NCBI GenBank assembly: GCA_905178155.1
Contig: CAJINV010000010.1
Coordinates: 3,740,587 to 3,804,586 of the forward strand
Direction of reading: 5' to 3'
From: Amoebophrya sp. A120
Lineage: Eukaryota; Protista; Dinoflagellata
DNA length: 64,000 nucleotides
Part shown: piece after piece, positions 23,001-35,700 of the stretch
Numbering within the stretch: position 1 is the first letter of the stretch
Layout of the letters: each line of letters begins with the position of its first letter
Position numbers and translations under genes: made by a program
The notes under the pieces: generated by a model
Told to the model about the DNA's origin: nothing
What the model saw: only the letters and a program-made list of their open reading frames with translations
Databases searched by the model: none

Positions 23001-26000
23001 CCTGTTCGCCCGTGCCGCAGGTAAGGCACAAACGGTCCAGCCTCCCCTGTCTGGGCGGGGTTGCGGCTTAGGGGAGAGTCTCGCCCCTTAACCCAAAGGG
23101 GTGCGTCGTCTCTTCCGTGAGAACAAAAACGTAAGGCGTAAAATGGGTCGGGTCCTGGATCGTTCTGTATGTTGGGCTGTCGCGCCCGGCTTGCTGGCCG
23201 GGCTGTGCTGATCAGGTGTGGTGGGTAGCTCCCGACTGGTTGGTACTTTTCTTGGGGCGACTTGCCGTGGTAGCGCTCGGCTTTTGTATGATGAGGTCGC
23301 CGAAAGTGCTTCCTCGCCCACCCCCCCGGGGAGGGGGTCCTTGACCTGTGGCGCCGGGAGCGGGTGTCCACTACATGATGATGATGATGCGCATCCCCAA
23401 GACGAGAGGCATTTATTTTCAATCGTGTTTTGGCATTTGTAATGCTGCAAACAGGAAGATAAGCGATAAGGGGAAGGCTTTGTCATACGGCTGCCCTTGC
23501 TAACCGGCACTAAAGTACAGCGAGAAACTTGTCATGCAGGATTCCCAAAACTTCTGGATTTGTGTTGCAGAGATTCCAGACCCAACTTGACTATGGGGTC
23601 GGGACCACGTTTTTACTGAGGATATCGTCCTCCGCATCATCTTCCGAGAGAACCGGTGCGGATCATGACGGGGGACAAGCTCCTCGTCCTCCTGACGATA
23701 ACACTATCAAATGCAAATATGTCTGGGTCTGGAAGAAAGCAACTTGTGATGCGTCCTGCAGATGCCTCAAAAATTTGTCTTGCGCGAGTAGCACAAAGGG
23801 CCCACTTTTGCCCACCCTGCAGCGTTATTTGTCATGCGGGATATGCATTGCAAAGCCCTTGCAAAACCTGTGATGCTATACCCTGCATCCGAATCGAATC
23901 CTCGAGGTGCATCCAAAATCTGCATGACAAACTCCTGCACTCATCCAGACCCAGACATATTTGCAATGCATAACCACGAGCGAAGTGGGCCGCGTCCGGA
24001 AGGCGGGAAGTAGCAATAGTCCTTATGAAAAGGAAAAATACCCCCTCCCCATATCAAAACGAAGCTTCTGATGCAGGATTTGCGAACACAAATCAGAATT
24101 GTCCTGCTGGAGAGGAATGCAGGCCCATGCTAAGCCTAACTAGAGAGGTTTTGGCCTAGGCGTGCAGCATGAGAAACGTCCGCGCTGTAGGCCCATCAGC
24201 ATCACAAACCGCCTGCACAATGCTGCGGAGCTTGTGGAGTTGCCTTCTTGCAAGACACACGTGATTTGTGGTCTCAAATCAGCAACACAAATTTTCGGAA
24301 GCATACCGCTTCGATATGGGGAGGGGGGATTTTTCCTCTCAATAGTCCTCGCGATGGAACCTCCTCCACTTCTGCTGGAGTGCGGGACCAAGGTCGTAGT
24401 CCTGCTTCTACCAGCTCCCTAGGCTCGTCCTCTTCCGCCGCTCGAAATTCACGCGGCGAAGGAGGAGAAAGCGGCTCGCTGGTACGTGGGGGTCGAACTG
24501 CTGGCGGGGCTGCACCGCAGAACAATTATCCAGATGACCTAAGCGACTCCGATAGAAGTGCTACAGATGCAAGAACTTCATCCGGGATGAATAAAATGGC
24601 ACACAAGAATTACAGTGAGGAAGAGGCCCATGCAACGAGCGACTATCTCCCCTTCGGCCCCATCCCGATTGGCACGGTGCTGCCGACTTTTTTCTTTTAC
24701 GTGTGTCTCGGCACGCTGCTCGGTCTCTGGTTCACGCGCACGCGGCCGGAGCGGCGAAAGTACGGGCGAACCAACGTCGAATTGTGGTACATTATCGTCC
24801 ACAACGGGTGCATCTGCTTTCTGTCCGCGCTCGCGTGGCTGAAGAAATCGAAAGAGCTGGCGCTGATCACCTTTTCGCTCGAAGTTTCCTACGAGGTGTT
24901 TGACAGCCTGCTGCTCTACAAGCGGTTTCGTAAGCTCGATCACGAAACGCTGCTGCACCACGTCGGGGCGCCGCTGTGTATTCTCTTCTCCATATTGTGG
25001 GGAAAATTTCCCCCTCTTCATATCAAAAATGGAAATTTGTGATGTTGATTTGTGGTCACAGGTCGACTTGTATTGCTAGAAGGCCAAGAGACGCAGTTGT
25101 GGCCTCGTTTGCAGGCAATTGGCCATGCTCTTTCCCACTTCCAGCTGCCTCCTATGATGCTGAAGATGCAAGGGCTTAACACGCCACCCAGCACTACAGT
25201 CCGCATCTTTTCCCATCTAGCATGACAAAATGAATTGTGTACACAAATCCGGCATCACAGACTTCGATTTTGATACGGGGAGGGGGGAATTTTTCCTTTC
25301 AATACTCCACGCAGACCAACATCGACTTCCGAATTCTGTTATGCATTGCAAACATGTCTGGGTCTGGAAGAATGCAAACTTGTGATGCGCATTTCACAAC
25401 GCGTGAGAATCTCTCATGCGTAGGCAGCAAAAGCTGCCCATTTTCTGTGACCAAAGTGGGGAATTTGTCATGCGGATTCGGCATTGCGGAAGCTTCTCGA
25501 AACCTGTGATGCTAGAGCTTCCACGCCAGACCTTCTGTGTCATGCAAAAGCAGCATAGCCACTCTACTCTTCCAGACCCAGACATATTTGCACTTGATAT
25601 CTGTGTCACCTCATGATCTGCATCGACTTGTCCGGGGCGATACTGGCGTTCTCCAAACTTCTATCGTGAGAAAAAAGTGTTACAGTTACACACTGTAATG
25701 GAAGACAAGCAAGACAGACAACCTCATTTCGTGCGTGTTTTCCCTTGTTATAGTCTACGCATCACAGGTTTTCTTTGCCATGTCGAACAACAACAACTTT
25801 GTGATGCAGAAATTCCAACACATGTCGTGTAAATGTAACACTTTTATTTTCCTGTGATAACTTCTGATGCGGACCGGCAAGCACGCGCTGGCCAAGGTGT
25901 ATCGCCGCCTGTTCTACTTCTACCTACCCCTCCGGATATCCTGTGCAAAAGTATCGTACTCGTATACTTGCAATCATGCATTACAAATTCTTTTTTTTAG

Positions 26001-26549
26001 GTAAAGCCGCATTACAAATTTTATTTCTCATGCTGAGGGAGTTTGTCATGCATTTATACGAGTACGATTACGATACTTTTGCAGTTCATACCGTATTATC
26101 GGACCCGCGTTTGACACGGTGCTATCAAGTGCAAATACGTCTGGGTCTGGAAGAATGCATGTTTGTCATGCTTGTCTCGCATGACTCCTAAATCTGTCAT
26201 GCACGTTACCCAAGAGCCGCATTTTTCTGTCATGCAGAAACTCAATTTGTCATGCAGAATAGGCAACACCTAGAAGCTCAGAAAATTGTCATGCTGAGCC
26301 AGCACTTGTTGCCTCCTCATGATACGCCACCCAGCATCACAAGTTTCCAGACCCAGAGAGATTTGCATTTCATAGCTGCTGATCCTTCACAATTTGTTTC
26401 TCGTGCCGGGAAACTTGAAGTCTTGGACGCAATTCTACTTCATGTCGTTCATGACGATAAACGGGTTGAATCTGTACTTCGCAGTTGTGATCTGGCGGAA
26501 GGGGTTCGGCTATTACACCGAGGACTACCTGAAAAACTCGGAGGACTGA
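20044..26549 (+). CDS. TLC (TRAM/LAG1/CLN8) domain membrane protein with a long disordered N-terminus, 11 exons
   Basis: Motifs SYEVFDSL..LLHHV and NGLNLYFAVVIW; several TM segments. All 10 introns are introners and removing each plus 5 nt gives one open frame from MSSLLFLL to YLKNSED*. Confidence 0.85.
20174..20390. mobile_element. Introner family B, opposite orientation to 4671-4889
   Basis: TSD GTTCG; join MREF|DGG. Confidence 0.94.
20446..20785. mobile_element. Introner family C
   Basis: TIR TATCAACTGTAAAA.TGTCTGGGTCTGGAA; TSD GCGGG. Confidence 0.95.
21402..23624. mobile_element. Introner family A enlarged by a nested ~1.9-kb insert
   Basis: TSD TCCTC/TCGTC; flanking parts align to the 279-bp copy at 14558-14836; in-frame join. 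Confidence 0.88.
21463..23388 (+). mobile_element. Nested insert, possibly a 5'-truncated non-LTR retroelement
   Basis: Interrupts the family A consensus; open frame to 22437, then ~950 nt non-coding, ending in an (ATG)5 tail. No RT motif recognised. Confidence 0.5.
23705..23972. mobile_element. Introner family C
   Basis: TSD AACAC/ACCAC. Confidence 0.92.
24024..24344. mobile_element. Introner family F
   Basis: TIR AGGAAAAAT.CCCCCTCCCCATATC; TSD GTCCT; join NSP|RDG. Confidence 0.94.
24993..25304. mobile_element. Introner family F
   Basis: TSD CTCCA; join LFS|TQT. Confidence 0.92.
25340..25599. mobile_element. Introner family C
   Basis: TSD TCTGT; join RIL|CHL. Confidence 0.94.
25662..25859. 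mobile_element. Introner family G
   Basis: TIR core AAAAAGTGTTACA; TSD ACTTC. Confidence 0.92.
25937..26090. mobile_element. Introner family D
   Basis: TIR core TGCAAAAGTATCGTA; TSD CCGGA/CCGTA. Confidence 0.92.
26123..26374. mobile_element. Introner family C
   Basis: TSD GGTGC/GCTGC; join FDTV|LILH. Confidence 0.9.
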
Positions 26550-26739
26550 AATAGAACTAACAAGAAACCTCGACCAGGTTTTTATGTTTGTTCTCCATGC
26601 ACTCGACGGCGTCAAGACTGGTGGCGTAGTTCACGTGCGGACTACTTGTGGTGAGATGTCTATGTTGTTTCACAACTCTATCTTGCGCAGCAAGAACACT
26701 ACGTCTGATAGAAGTAGAATTTTTGAAGGAATCAAAATC

Positions 26740-29700
26740 ATGCCGGACCTACACACAGTCGCAGCCGCAGCGACAGTTGCCTATTGTGTGTATGCAGTTC
26801 CTGCAGGCCCTGTTGAGGTAAAATGATCCGTTGCAAAGCCAAATGTGGCTGGGTCGTCTGGAAGGGTGCGCTGGTTTCTAGAATGAGTGCATGTTTCGAA
26901 CTAATAATAAATGCGCAGCTGGTTTTTATTTGGGTGAATGCAGATGCACCCACAGGCAGATGACAGATTTTGGCTTTGCGAAGGCTTGATGTTCCCTACG
27001 CGTATCTCGCTCGAGAAAATTGCTCTTTGGGTAGACGCAAAAAACGCGAAATTTTCATTTTTGTGTGCACCCAAGAAGTGGAGCTGGTGAGCATCACAAA
27101 TGCGGTCATCATTTCGAGAGGGCCAAGAAGACGTAGACATGTTTGCATATGCATGTGACCGCGTGCACGACCACGGGAGTTGCAATTAGACTTGCAGAGA
27201 AGTCGTAGCTGTTGTGGCCTTGTAGTCCCCTTGATGAAAGGGCGTCGAGGGCGTCGAAACTTCAACATTGAGAGTTGTTTCTTGAAACTCGGTATCAACT
27301 GTAAAAATGTCTGGGTCTGGAAGATTCTGACAATTGTCATGCACGTTTTGCATGAGCCGTGAAGATGTCTGTGATGCATACCCTAGCAATACAGATTGTT
27401 TGAGGGCTTCCTGATGCCTATACCGCATGACAAATGCTCTTTCCGTGTAGCAAAACTTGGACTCTCTTTGCTGCTCATGCAATACAGATTTTTTTAGAAT
27501 CCAAAATCAGCATGACAAGTTGGATTCTTCCAGACCCAGACATTTTTACAGTTGAAACTCGGCGATCGGGATACTGTCCGAATCAAAACAATAAAAAATC
27601 GCTCTACCGACACAGTACTTCCTTCTTTGGTCTTGTAGCGACGGGTGTCCATAGAAACCGTCTGTACACCATTCTCACCGTGTTCGAAGCGCAAAATAGC
27701 ATTACAGATTTGCGAGGACAACGCGAAAAGATCTTTTCTCCGCAACAACAAACTCCACTCAACAATGAAAAATGAAGTAGATCACGAAACTCCTCTTGTG
27801 TGCGAAAAAATGTAGCAGCAGTTTTCCAACACTAGAAATTGTAGTCTGGACTTCATTGCGCGCGAAATTGACGAGGCAAAAACAATGATGATGAATTTGC
27901 GTTGCTTTCAAAAACCATTTTGAACCCAAAAACAGTTAGGAACTTTGAGACTACGACGTGCCGCAAACTGCACTGCGCACGCCTGTAAATCTTGAAGCGA
28001 CAACATCTATGATAAGAATGAAAAGAACTTGAAGGGAAAAATACAATTGAGAACTCTTGTTCTCCGTGAATTCATCTTCACGAGAAATTTGCATTCTGTG
28101 TTCCACTAAGCACTTTTGCTACAGTGGTGCATCAGCCGGCTCGAAAAGACACCGGGTCAAAGAGAACAAACCGGATACATATTCCGGATCCAGTTTTTTT
28201 TTGCATTTAAAAACCGGCAATATTAAGCAAAGTGCTTCATTTAAATCTCAAAACGTCGATGGCAACGCAAAGTGACTTCTTCTTCATCCAAATCCTCCAG
28301 CAGCAGCTCGTCGGTCGAAGCAAGTAAGTCGGTCGTGATCGACTGCGACGCAATCTGGTACGCAATTCATAAGGAATTCGCCGAAGCAAAACCTGCGGCA
28401 CAGCGAGCCAAACAACCGAGCGCCGACCCGGTCGGGGATCTCGTCGACTGTGGAGCAAACTGCACGGTGGTGGACAAAAATAAAGACTGGAGGGAAGCAA
28501 CTATATGTAATTGGCAGGCAGCAGTAGCAATCGCCGCCGCCTACCCGGAAAGAAACACGGTATTCGCGGCAACCAATCTGCCGGTGCAAACGTACGACGA
28601 CGGCGGATTACCGGAAATACACCGAACAGAAGTAATCCTCTCCCCGCGCGGACTTGAAAGAGTCTTGCTGCTGGACACGGACGAGGTCAATAAGTGTTCG
28701 GAAACGCTCTTGGTGAAGTTGCGGGAGCAAGAAGCGGACGGAGAAATCCTGCTCTTCCCCCCGAAGCAAAACGCGTCCGTCGGCGGCGTGAACGTTAACG
28801 CAGAAAAGGCCAACGTAGGACAAAAATTGCTCTGCACGCCGGCGACAATCGAAGAGTACAACTCACCAAAAACCGGGCACGACTACCACGAAACTTACGA
28901 CAACCGCCACCGCTTCTTCCCGCACGAACAAGACCTCCCAAAAGGATATCGAAGCAAAACTTGCGGTACGTCCGCAGACCCCGCCTCTCCGCTGTATCAA
29001 ACCGAGGACGAAATTACAGCGCACGCGTGGGAGGCTGCGAGAAGAAAGCCGAGAACAGGCACGAAATTGCAATCGTATCGGAGTGGCGCGCAAATAAAGC
29101 ACGCCCCTGGAGTCAGGGTTCAGTTGGGCGACGACACAAGGCGGCACTTCGAAGCGGGCCGCCTTGCGCCGAGGTTGAAGGACAACGCGAAAAAACAGTT
29201 AGACGCGATTCTCTTCGACATAAATAACACTCCAAGCGCGCGCCACTACTGCGACGCCAGGCGTGTCCTCGATTACGAGCTAAATACCTTGGCGGAGAAC
29301 AACACGGAGTGGGTGCAAGCGACGTTCAACTGGTTCAAAAAGTACAACTTGGGACCGGAGCACGACACTCGGTGCGTCTACGTGAACCCCTCCGAAGTCA
29401 CGCCCTTGGACGTGGTAAACGCTTTCGTGCAATTCAACTATCCCGCTTTCCAATTCCTTGACTGCGACCTAAACCGCATCGGCGCAGACGAGCTGGAGCG
29501 TTAAGCAGTTCTATGAACGACACCACGGCGACGCCAGCGTCGCCAAACATGTCGAGCATGGAAGAAGCACTTGTCGACCTCCAGGAAGCGGAGCAGGAAA
29601 CAGCCGCCGCGGGAGAGCAGCAGCAACAAGAAAGCGGGCTGGTTGTCAGAGCAACAGCAGGAGAAGTAACAGTGTCCGCGGGCGGCGAACCGCAAACCCC

Positions 29701-32700
29701 GGCGCTGTGCACTTCTGTGTCTTCAAATGTCTCGATGCCAGATGCAGAAAGCGGCAACCGCTTGCAGCCGCCGCAAGGAGGAAATACAGAGATAAATTTC
29801 AGCCTCAGCTCGATAGCAAACGAGTCATTTTTAGCAGAAGTGCTGGCCTTGTGCGAGAAGAACAAAGACGAAATGACGACGAAAATCAGCGACGTTGCGG
29901 CGAACTACGAAAACGGAATTTCCGGGCTACAACGTCGACTGGAGCTGCAGCACAGCGGCACTTGCGGAGAAATAGCGACACTGCAAAATCGTGACGCGAT
30001 GCTGGACAACAAGATCCAAGATTTCAAGGTGGAGGCATTGCAGAACCATGCTACGCAGAAGACCGCGGTAGAAAAACTCCGGGCGGACTTCTCCGCCCTC
30101 GAGCAAAGCTTCGGAATAATTATCGGCCAGCATCTCAAGCAACAGCTGCTTGCAGTCCTCGCAAGCGACCCGCAGTTCCAGGCGCTAGGCATCATGTTCA
30201 ACAAGCCCCAAGCAATGGACATGGTGCAGGAAGCAATTAGCCGCTCAGACAAGCTGGCAGAACTATTCGGCAAGCTAGAAGATAGGGTGAGTATCCAAGT
30301 GATGGTAGCTCTGCAACAGGTCCCACAAGTCCGAGATCTGTTGTCGCCCGTCTGCGCGCTAGTTTTGAAGGACGAAGCAAATCAGCGGGCCATCCAAGCC
30401 TGCCACAGCACAAGCGGTCGCGCAAGACGTGGCAGACGCAGCAAGCGACAGCCTCGTCATGTATAGACAGCAAATCGAATTTCAGGTCGAGGGCCAGGCG
30501 ACAAAGCAAGAACAGACTCAACAGGACCAAATCCTCCTCGAGCAGCAAATCCGCTCTCTCGCAGAAGATAGGCAGAATCTAGCAGGCCGCGTGGAGAAAA
30601 CCGAGGAAGCAATAGTCTTGCTCCAGCACACGGCGACAATAAACGCGGAAAAGCCGCCTGCTGCGCAGAACACGCAATCGGCCAACTCCGAAATCTCGGC
30701 TCTGTTCCCAGATACGACGCTCGCAACGCGCATGGAAAAGTTGGAGCGGCGGCTACAAACGGACGATGAGTTCGCACAACGCCTTTGCAAGCTCGAAATC
30801 TCATCAGCTATCAAGCCCTTGCAGCAATCTCTGGAAAAACTGCAACTGCAACCGCCGCAGCAGCAAGCTAGTCTGCAAATCGAGCCGGTGACAAGTGTAA
30901 ATCCAGAAATAACCAGTAAGCTTGATGGCGTCTTCAAGCAGAAACAAGACGAGATAAGTGATTTCTTCGTGGACAAAAAGAAAATCTTCGATAACGAAAT
31001 GCAAAAATCAAAAGCCGAAGTTGAAAGTTTCTTTGCAGGAAAAAAGAAGGAGGTCGACGACGCGCATGACAAACTTGCCGAATTGCGCGCGTCGCTGCAG
31101 GAAAAACTCGACAAGCTCGGAGGCGAGGATGTCGTGAGCCGGCAGCTTCTGCTGGAGGAGAAGTTCAAGCAGCTCGAGGGCCACAAGCTCCACGAAAGCC
31201 AGGTCTCGCTGCAAACCAAGCTGGAGCAGCTAGACGAAACTAAGGAGCAGCACCAGGACGACTTGCGGAGCGCCAAACTCAACATAAACCTGCACAGCAG
31301 CCAGCTGCAAATCCTTATGGACCTTCTGCAAAGCAAAGCACCCAACAGGAGAGAAAACGATAATAGGACAGTAAGCGACCGGCTAGTCGAGCTTGAGGAT
31401 GGATGCGGCGCAGGAGTGGAATGAAGCCGCAGAGCGGCACAGCTTCTTCGACGAGGCCGAAGACCTCACATGCCCGCAAGCAGCGCCAGCAACTGTAGGG
31501 ACGCAAAGCGAGAGAATTAGCACGACAATCCAGAATAACCCAGGGCAAGCCGCAGCCGCGCAGGTTTTTGACATCTCCACGCCAGCCAAAGCCGGGGAAA
31601 TCCGAGGTCAAGATCCGCTGTCGCAGCAGCAAGCACTGATGTCGCCGGAGCAGAAGGAATATGCGAGAAACCTCTCGGCCGCGCAGCCGCGCTGCAGCGC
31701 GGAAGCAAACTGCGATCCCCCAGCAATCAGAACGTCATATCGTCCCCCCGCGCAAAGCTCGACTCTACAGGCCACGAACATCCGTGATGCAATTATGTCG
31801 CAGAAGAAGACCTCCGCATCCGTGAATTCGCCGAGAGGTGCACTCACAGCAGGGCTCGGCGCTGCTGCTCCTCCGCAGGGCGCGCATTATGTGACGCGAG
31901 TTTCCAGCTCCAGTGCCGCAAGCAGCGAGATGCACTACTTCTCCGAGCAAAGTTTCAATGTCGCAAATTCGCCGCCGGCAAAAGCGACGCCTGCCCCGCG
32001 TGTAAGCAACCAGTACGCCGGGGAACCGGCGCAAAACAGGGAGTCAGCATTCTCGTTCTTCGCCCAACAAAACCAGCCGCAAGGCGCATATGCGTACCCG
32101 CAGCAAACCGAGCAGCACCAGTACCAAAACGCGAACTTGCCCACGGGAAGCTGGATGTCGCATGACTTTGCAGGAGCCAACCTCCCGTCCCTCCAACAAC
32201 AACAAAGCGGTGCGCTCTTTGAGAAAACGCGGTCGCGGCGTGGAAGCGCGGAGTCGGACGTTGGAGACAGCGCCAGTGTAGTGTTTTCAAACGCCGGGGT
32301 TTCCGCAGCCGCCTCCTCCGCAAGCGCAAGCAGCAAGCTCGTATCAGCAGCTGGCGACGGTGCAGGACAAACAGAATATTTCGCAGCCGAGCTCGTGCCA
32401 CGAAATGAGCGCGCGTGGCGCTCGCGCTTCGGGGGCACCGCAAAGATCCTCGCCACAGAACAGGATAAGGACGACGCGGCGAGCGGAAGCTACCCGATCG
32501 CGCATCTCCTGCAGCGAGCAAAGCTCACACTTCGTATCAAAGACGCAGAAGGCGTGCCCGAGGACGCAGAAATCCAGCAAGTGCTGCTGTCTGAGGACGA
32601 GAACAACGAAACATCACTCCTGGTCCACGCGTACGTCGCGAATAACAACGACGCGCAGACATTCGCGAGACTGCAGGAGCACGAAAGACCGACGGCGTGG

Positions 32701-35700
32701 AAGCTCAACTACGACGATTCGCGCAAAGCTATCGCTGAACACTTCGAAGTAAAACCAGTCGACGTCCGCCTGATTATGTTCGCGGGCAGCCTCAGCCTCT
32801 GCTTCAAAATAAAACCGCAAGCGAAAAAAGACGGAGGAAAAGGCACAAACGTGAGCGAATGGATCAAGCGGCTCAACCAAATGCGGAGTTACAAGATTGT
32901 CGCGAGGCTTAGTGATGTCAAATCTTCGCAGAGCCAGCTGCAAGCGCCTGACGATGGGCAGGAATTGGACGCGCTGAAAAGCGATGCGGAGCACGACTAC
33001 AAACTCGCGTACATGGTGCTGAAACGAAAACCCAACCAAGAGGACCTGTCGCCAGATTTCTTGGAGCTGCTCGAGCAGGTGGGCGAGAAATTGAAAGACG
33101 CCCGCTCCAGAAACAAAAGTCACGGAGGCAGTTTTTCTCTGGCAAAGTGGAAAGAGCAGGGACTAGAAAACATGCTGTCGCTGATCAACGTCGTGCACGC
33201 CCAGGCAACGGGAGAAATCGAGCTGGACTACAAAAAAGCCTTCGAGTACATCGGTCAAAAGTGGCAAGAAAAATTCGAGGTCCCGCTGGATGGAACTGCT
33301 GTTGCGAAACTCCGCAAACAGGTCGTTTTCGAGCACAAGCCGCCGGCAAGTGCGGCCGTGATCGAAGTCCAGACGTGGATAGAACAGCACGAGCACAGGC
33401 TGACGCGAATGATAGATCGCGCAGTGCATCGGTTCGAAGCAGCAGGTCCCAAATCTCGACGCTACGCCAGACAGAGACTCCAGCGCGCAAGAGCTAAACG
33501 ACTTGCGCCACGAGGTGTTGAAACAATTCCGCGCCGAGTTTGGAAGCAGCATGATCTCGCATAAGCCAACGCCACTTCCACCGAACAAGCACACGCCGCG
33601 CATCGTGCTAACCGCATACAAAGAAATCGTGAGCTACAAGGTCCAGCTCGCCCGCCAAACGGCAGTCGCCTCTTCTGGGGAAAAAACTTCTCCGCCGGGT
33701 GGAGGTGCAGCAAACGGCGGCCGAGGTGGTGCAGGGAACACAAACAACCCCGATACCGCGGCGAAGAAAGCGGCAGCTGCAGAGCGAAGAGCGGCCGCGG
33801 TGCGAGAAAAAGAGGACGCTGCTCGGAAACTCCAAGAGCGTCAACATCTCGACGCAGCAAACGCCGCTGCGGCAGCCGCAAAACAGCAGAGCGCAGAGGT
33901 GCCCGTGTGGGCGATCAAGTGCAAGGGAATAAGTCACGTTGCGCAGGAGTGCAAGAAAAATCTGGAGATCCAGAAAGAGGGCAGCAAATGCGCAATCATC
34001 CTCAACACCACCGAGCTTTGCAAAACCTGCAACGGGAAGCACGCGCTGTGCAAAAGGCTGGCTGGAAACCCAAGCGCACCGCTAATCGCATTGCCGTGTC
34101 CAAAAGAACTCGCTGCGCTCCCAGATTCGCATTGCAACAAACTCAAAAAAGAAGGTAAAGTCGATGATGATACCGTTTGCGGAATGAGCATACAGCTTTG
34201 CAAAAACGATGCTGGAGAACTTGTCAAGTACAATCCGAAAGGGAAAGGAAAGGGCGGTTCCAGCAGCGATAAGAACTGGCGATGCAACAGTAAGCAGACA
34301 GATGACGGCAAAGCAGACGGAGGACGAAGACCGCCCCCTGCGGGCGCTGCAGCTGCTGCTGCGGCAGCAGGCGGGGCTGCGCAAGCCGCAAAGCGACCTC
34401 GAAGAAATCTGCTGCACCGGCCCAAGGAGAAACTATCATCGGCGTTCCGAAAATGATGCCGGCACCGAGGCGCGCTGCGGCACTGCGAAGCTGCACTGTG
34501 TCGGACGACGGCGTCTTCCCAGCGAAGCGGGTGAAGAAGATGGCCAGCGATACGACGCCGGAGGGGCACTTCGTCCAATTCGAGATTGGCAATAGCGGCC
34601 GCAAGTATTGGTGTCAAATAGATACCGGCGACGACTTCGGAAACATCATCGACCCGGAACAGTACGAAGATTTGTTGAAAAACCATGAAGCGGAAATCGA
34701 AGAGGGATTCGTTGAATTGGGTAAAGACTGCAGCCTCGCTGCGGGGCAATTCGCCCCGTCTGCCCAACGCCTCCGGTTCTCGAAGTCGGCGCATGTAACA
34801 ATGACAATCCGCGACAAAAATAATTCCGAATTGTTTATGATGCACAAAGCGCTGTACTTGGTTTCTGAAATTCCAATAGGGCAACCTTTCGCGCTTTCTT
34901 TGCAAATTGCACAAGCCATGAATCTGGTCCCGAAGGAAATTCAAATCCCCGTCGATGACGGCACCGGAAACAAGCCGCTGATCACGCCGCAACAGGGAAA
35001 AGCCGCGTCCTCCCAGCACCTTTCAAACATCCGGAAGCTGAAGAAACCGTGCCAACAGTCCTACGAGCAGGTCGATCCGGAAACAGTGATGACCTACGCG
35101 CCGAAACCCTACCACGAACCAAGCGAAGTCATGGACATCGACATCGAACTGGAAGTCCCAAGAGAAAAAGCGGTGGGTTGCGGCTATTTTGCTGTTGCGC
35201 CGACAAAACAGCTCGAGAAGCGGCAGGCTTGGTTCACACCGGTGGTGGCGCCGCAAATCATCCCAGGCAACGCAAGCACAAAACAGCAGCGGAGAGTCGT
35301 GTTGAATTTGCAGAGCGAAAGCCTTGACGTCCGTGCAGCAATGCTGGACGAAGGGGAGGCGAAGGTAACAATCGCGACGGGCCCGGCTCGGCAAGCAGTG
35401 GCGAGCCGCGAGCTCTTGAAAAAATATCTTGCAGAGGACATGCCGGCGCTTCTCGACGAAGAAGTCTGTGATAAGTGGATGCGAAAGCTGTCAAGCACGG
35501 AGCTAGAGGAAGACCTCAAGCACATTCGCACTTCGAAATTCCACGCGAAGCAGGCCTCGCTCGAGACCTCGCACAGGGCCACCCCTTGCGCCAGCGCGCC
35601 TGTTTCGGCGCTATTTTTCGACATGCCCAAGGCTTGGGGCAGCCTGTCGCCCTCAGCCTTGCCTGGGATCCAGGGCAGTGGCATTGCGCCGCCTGTCTGC

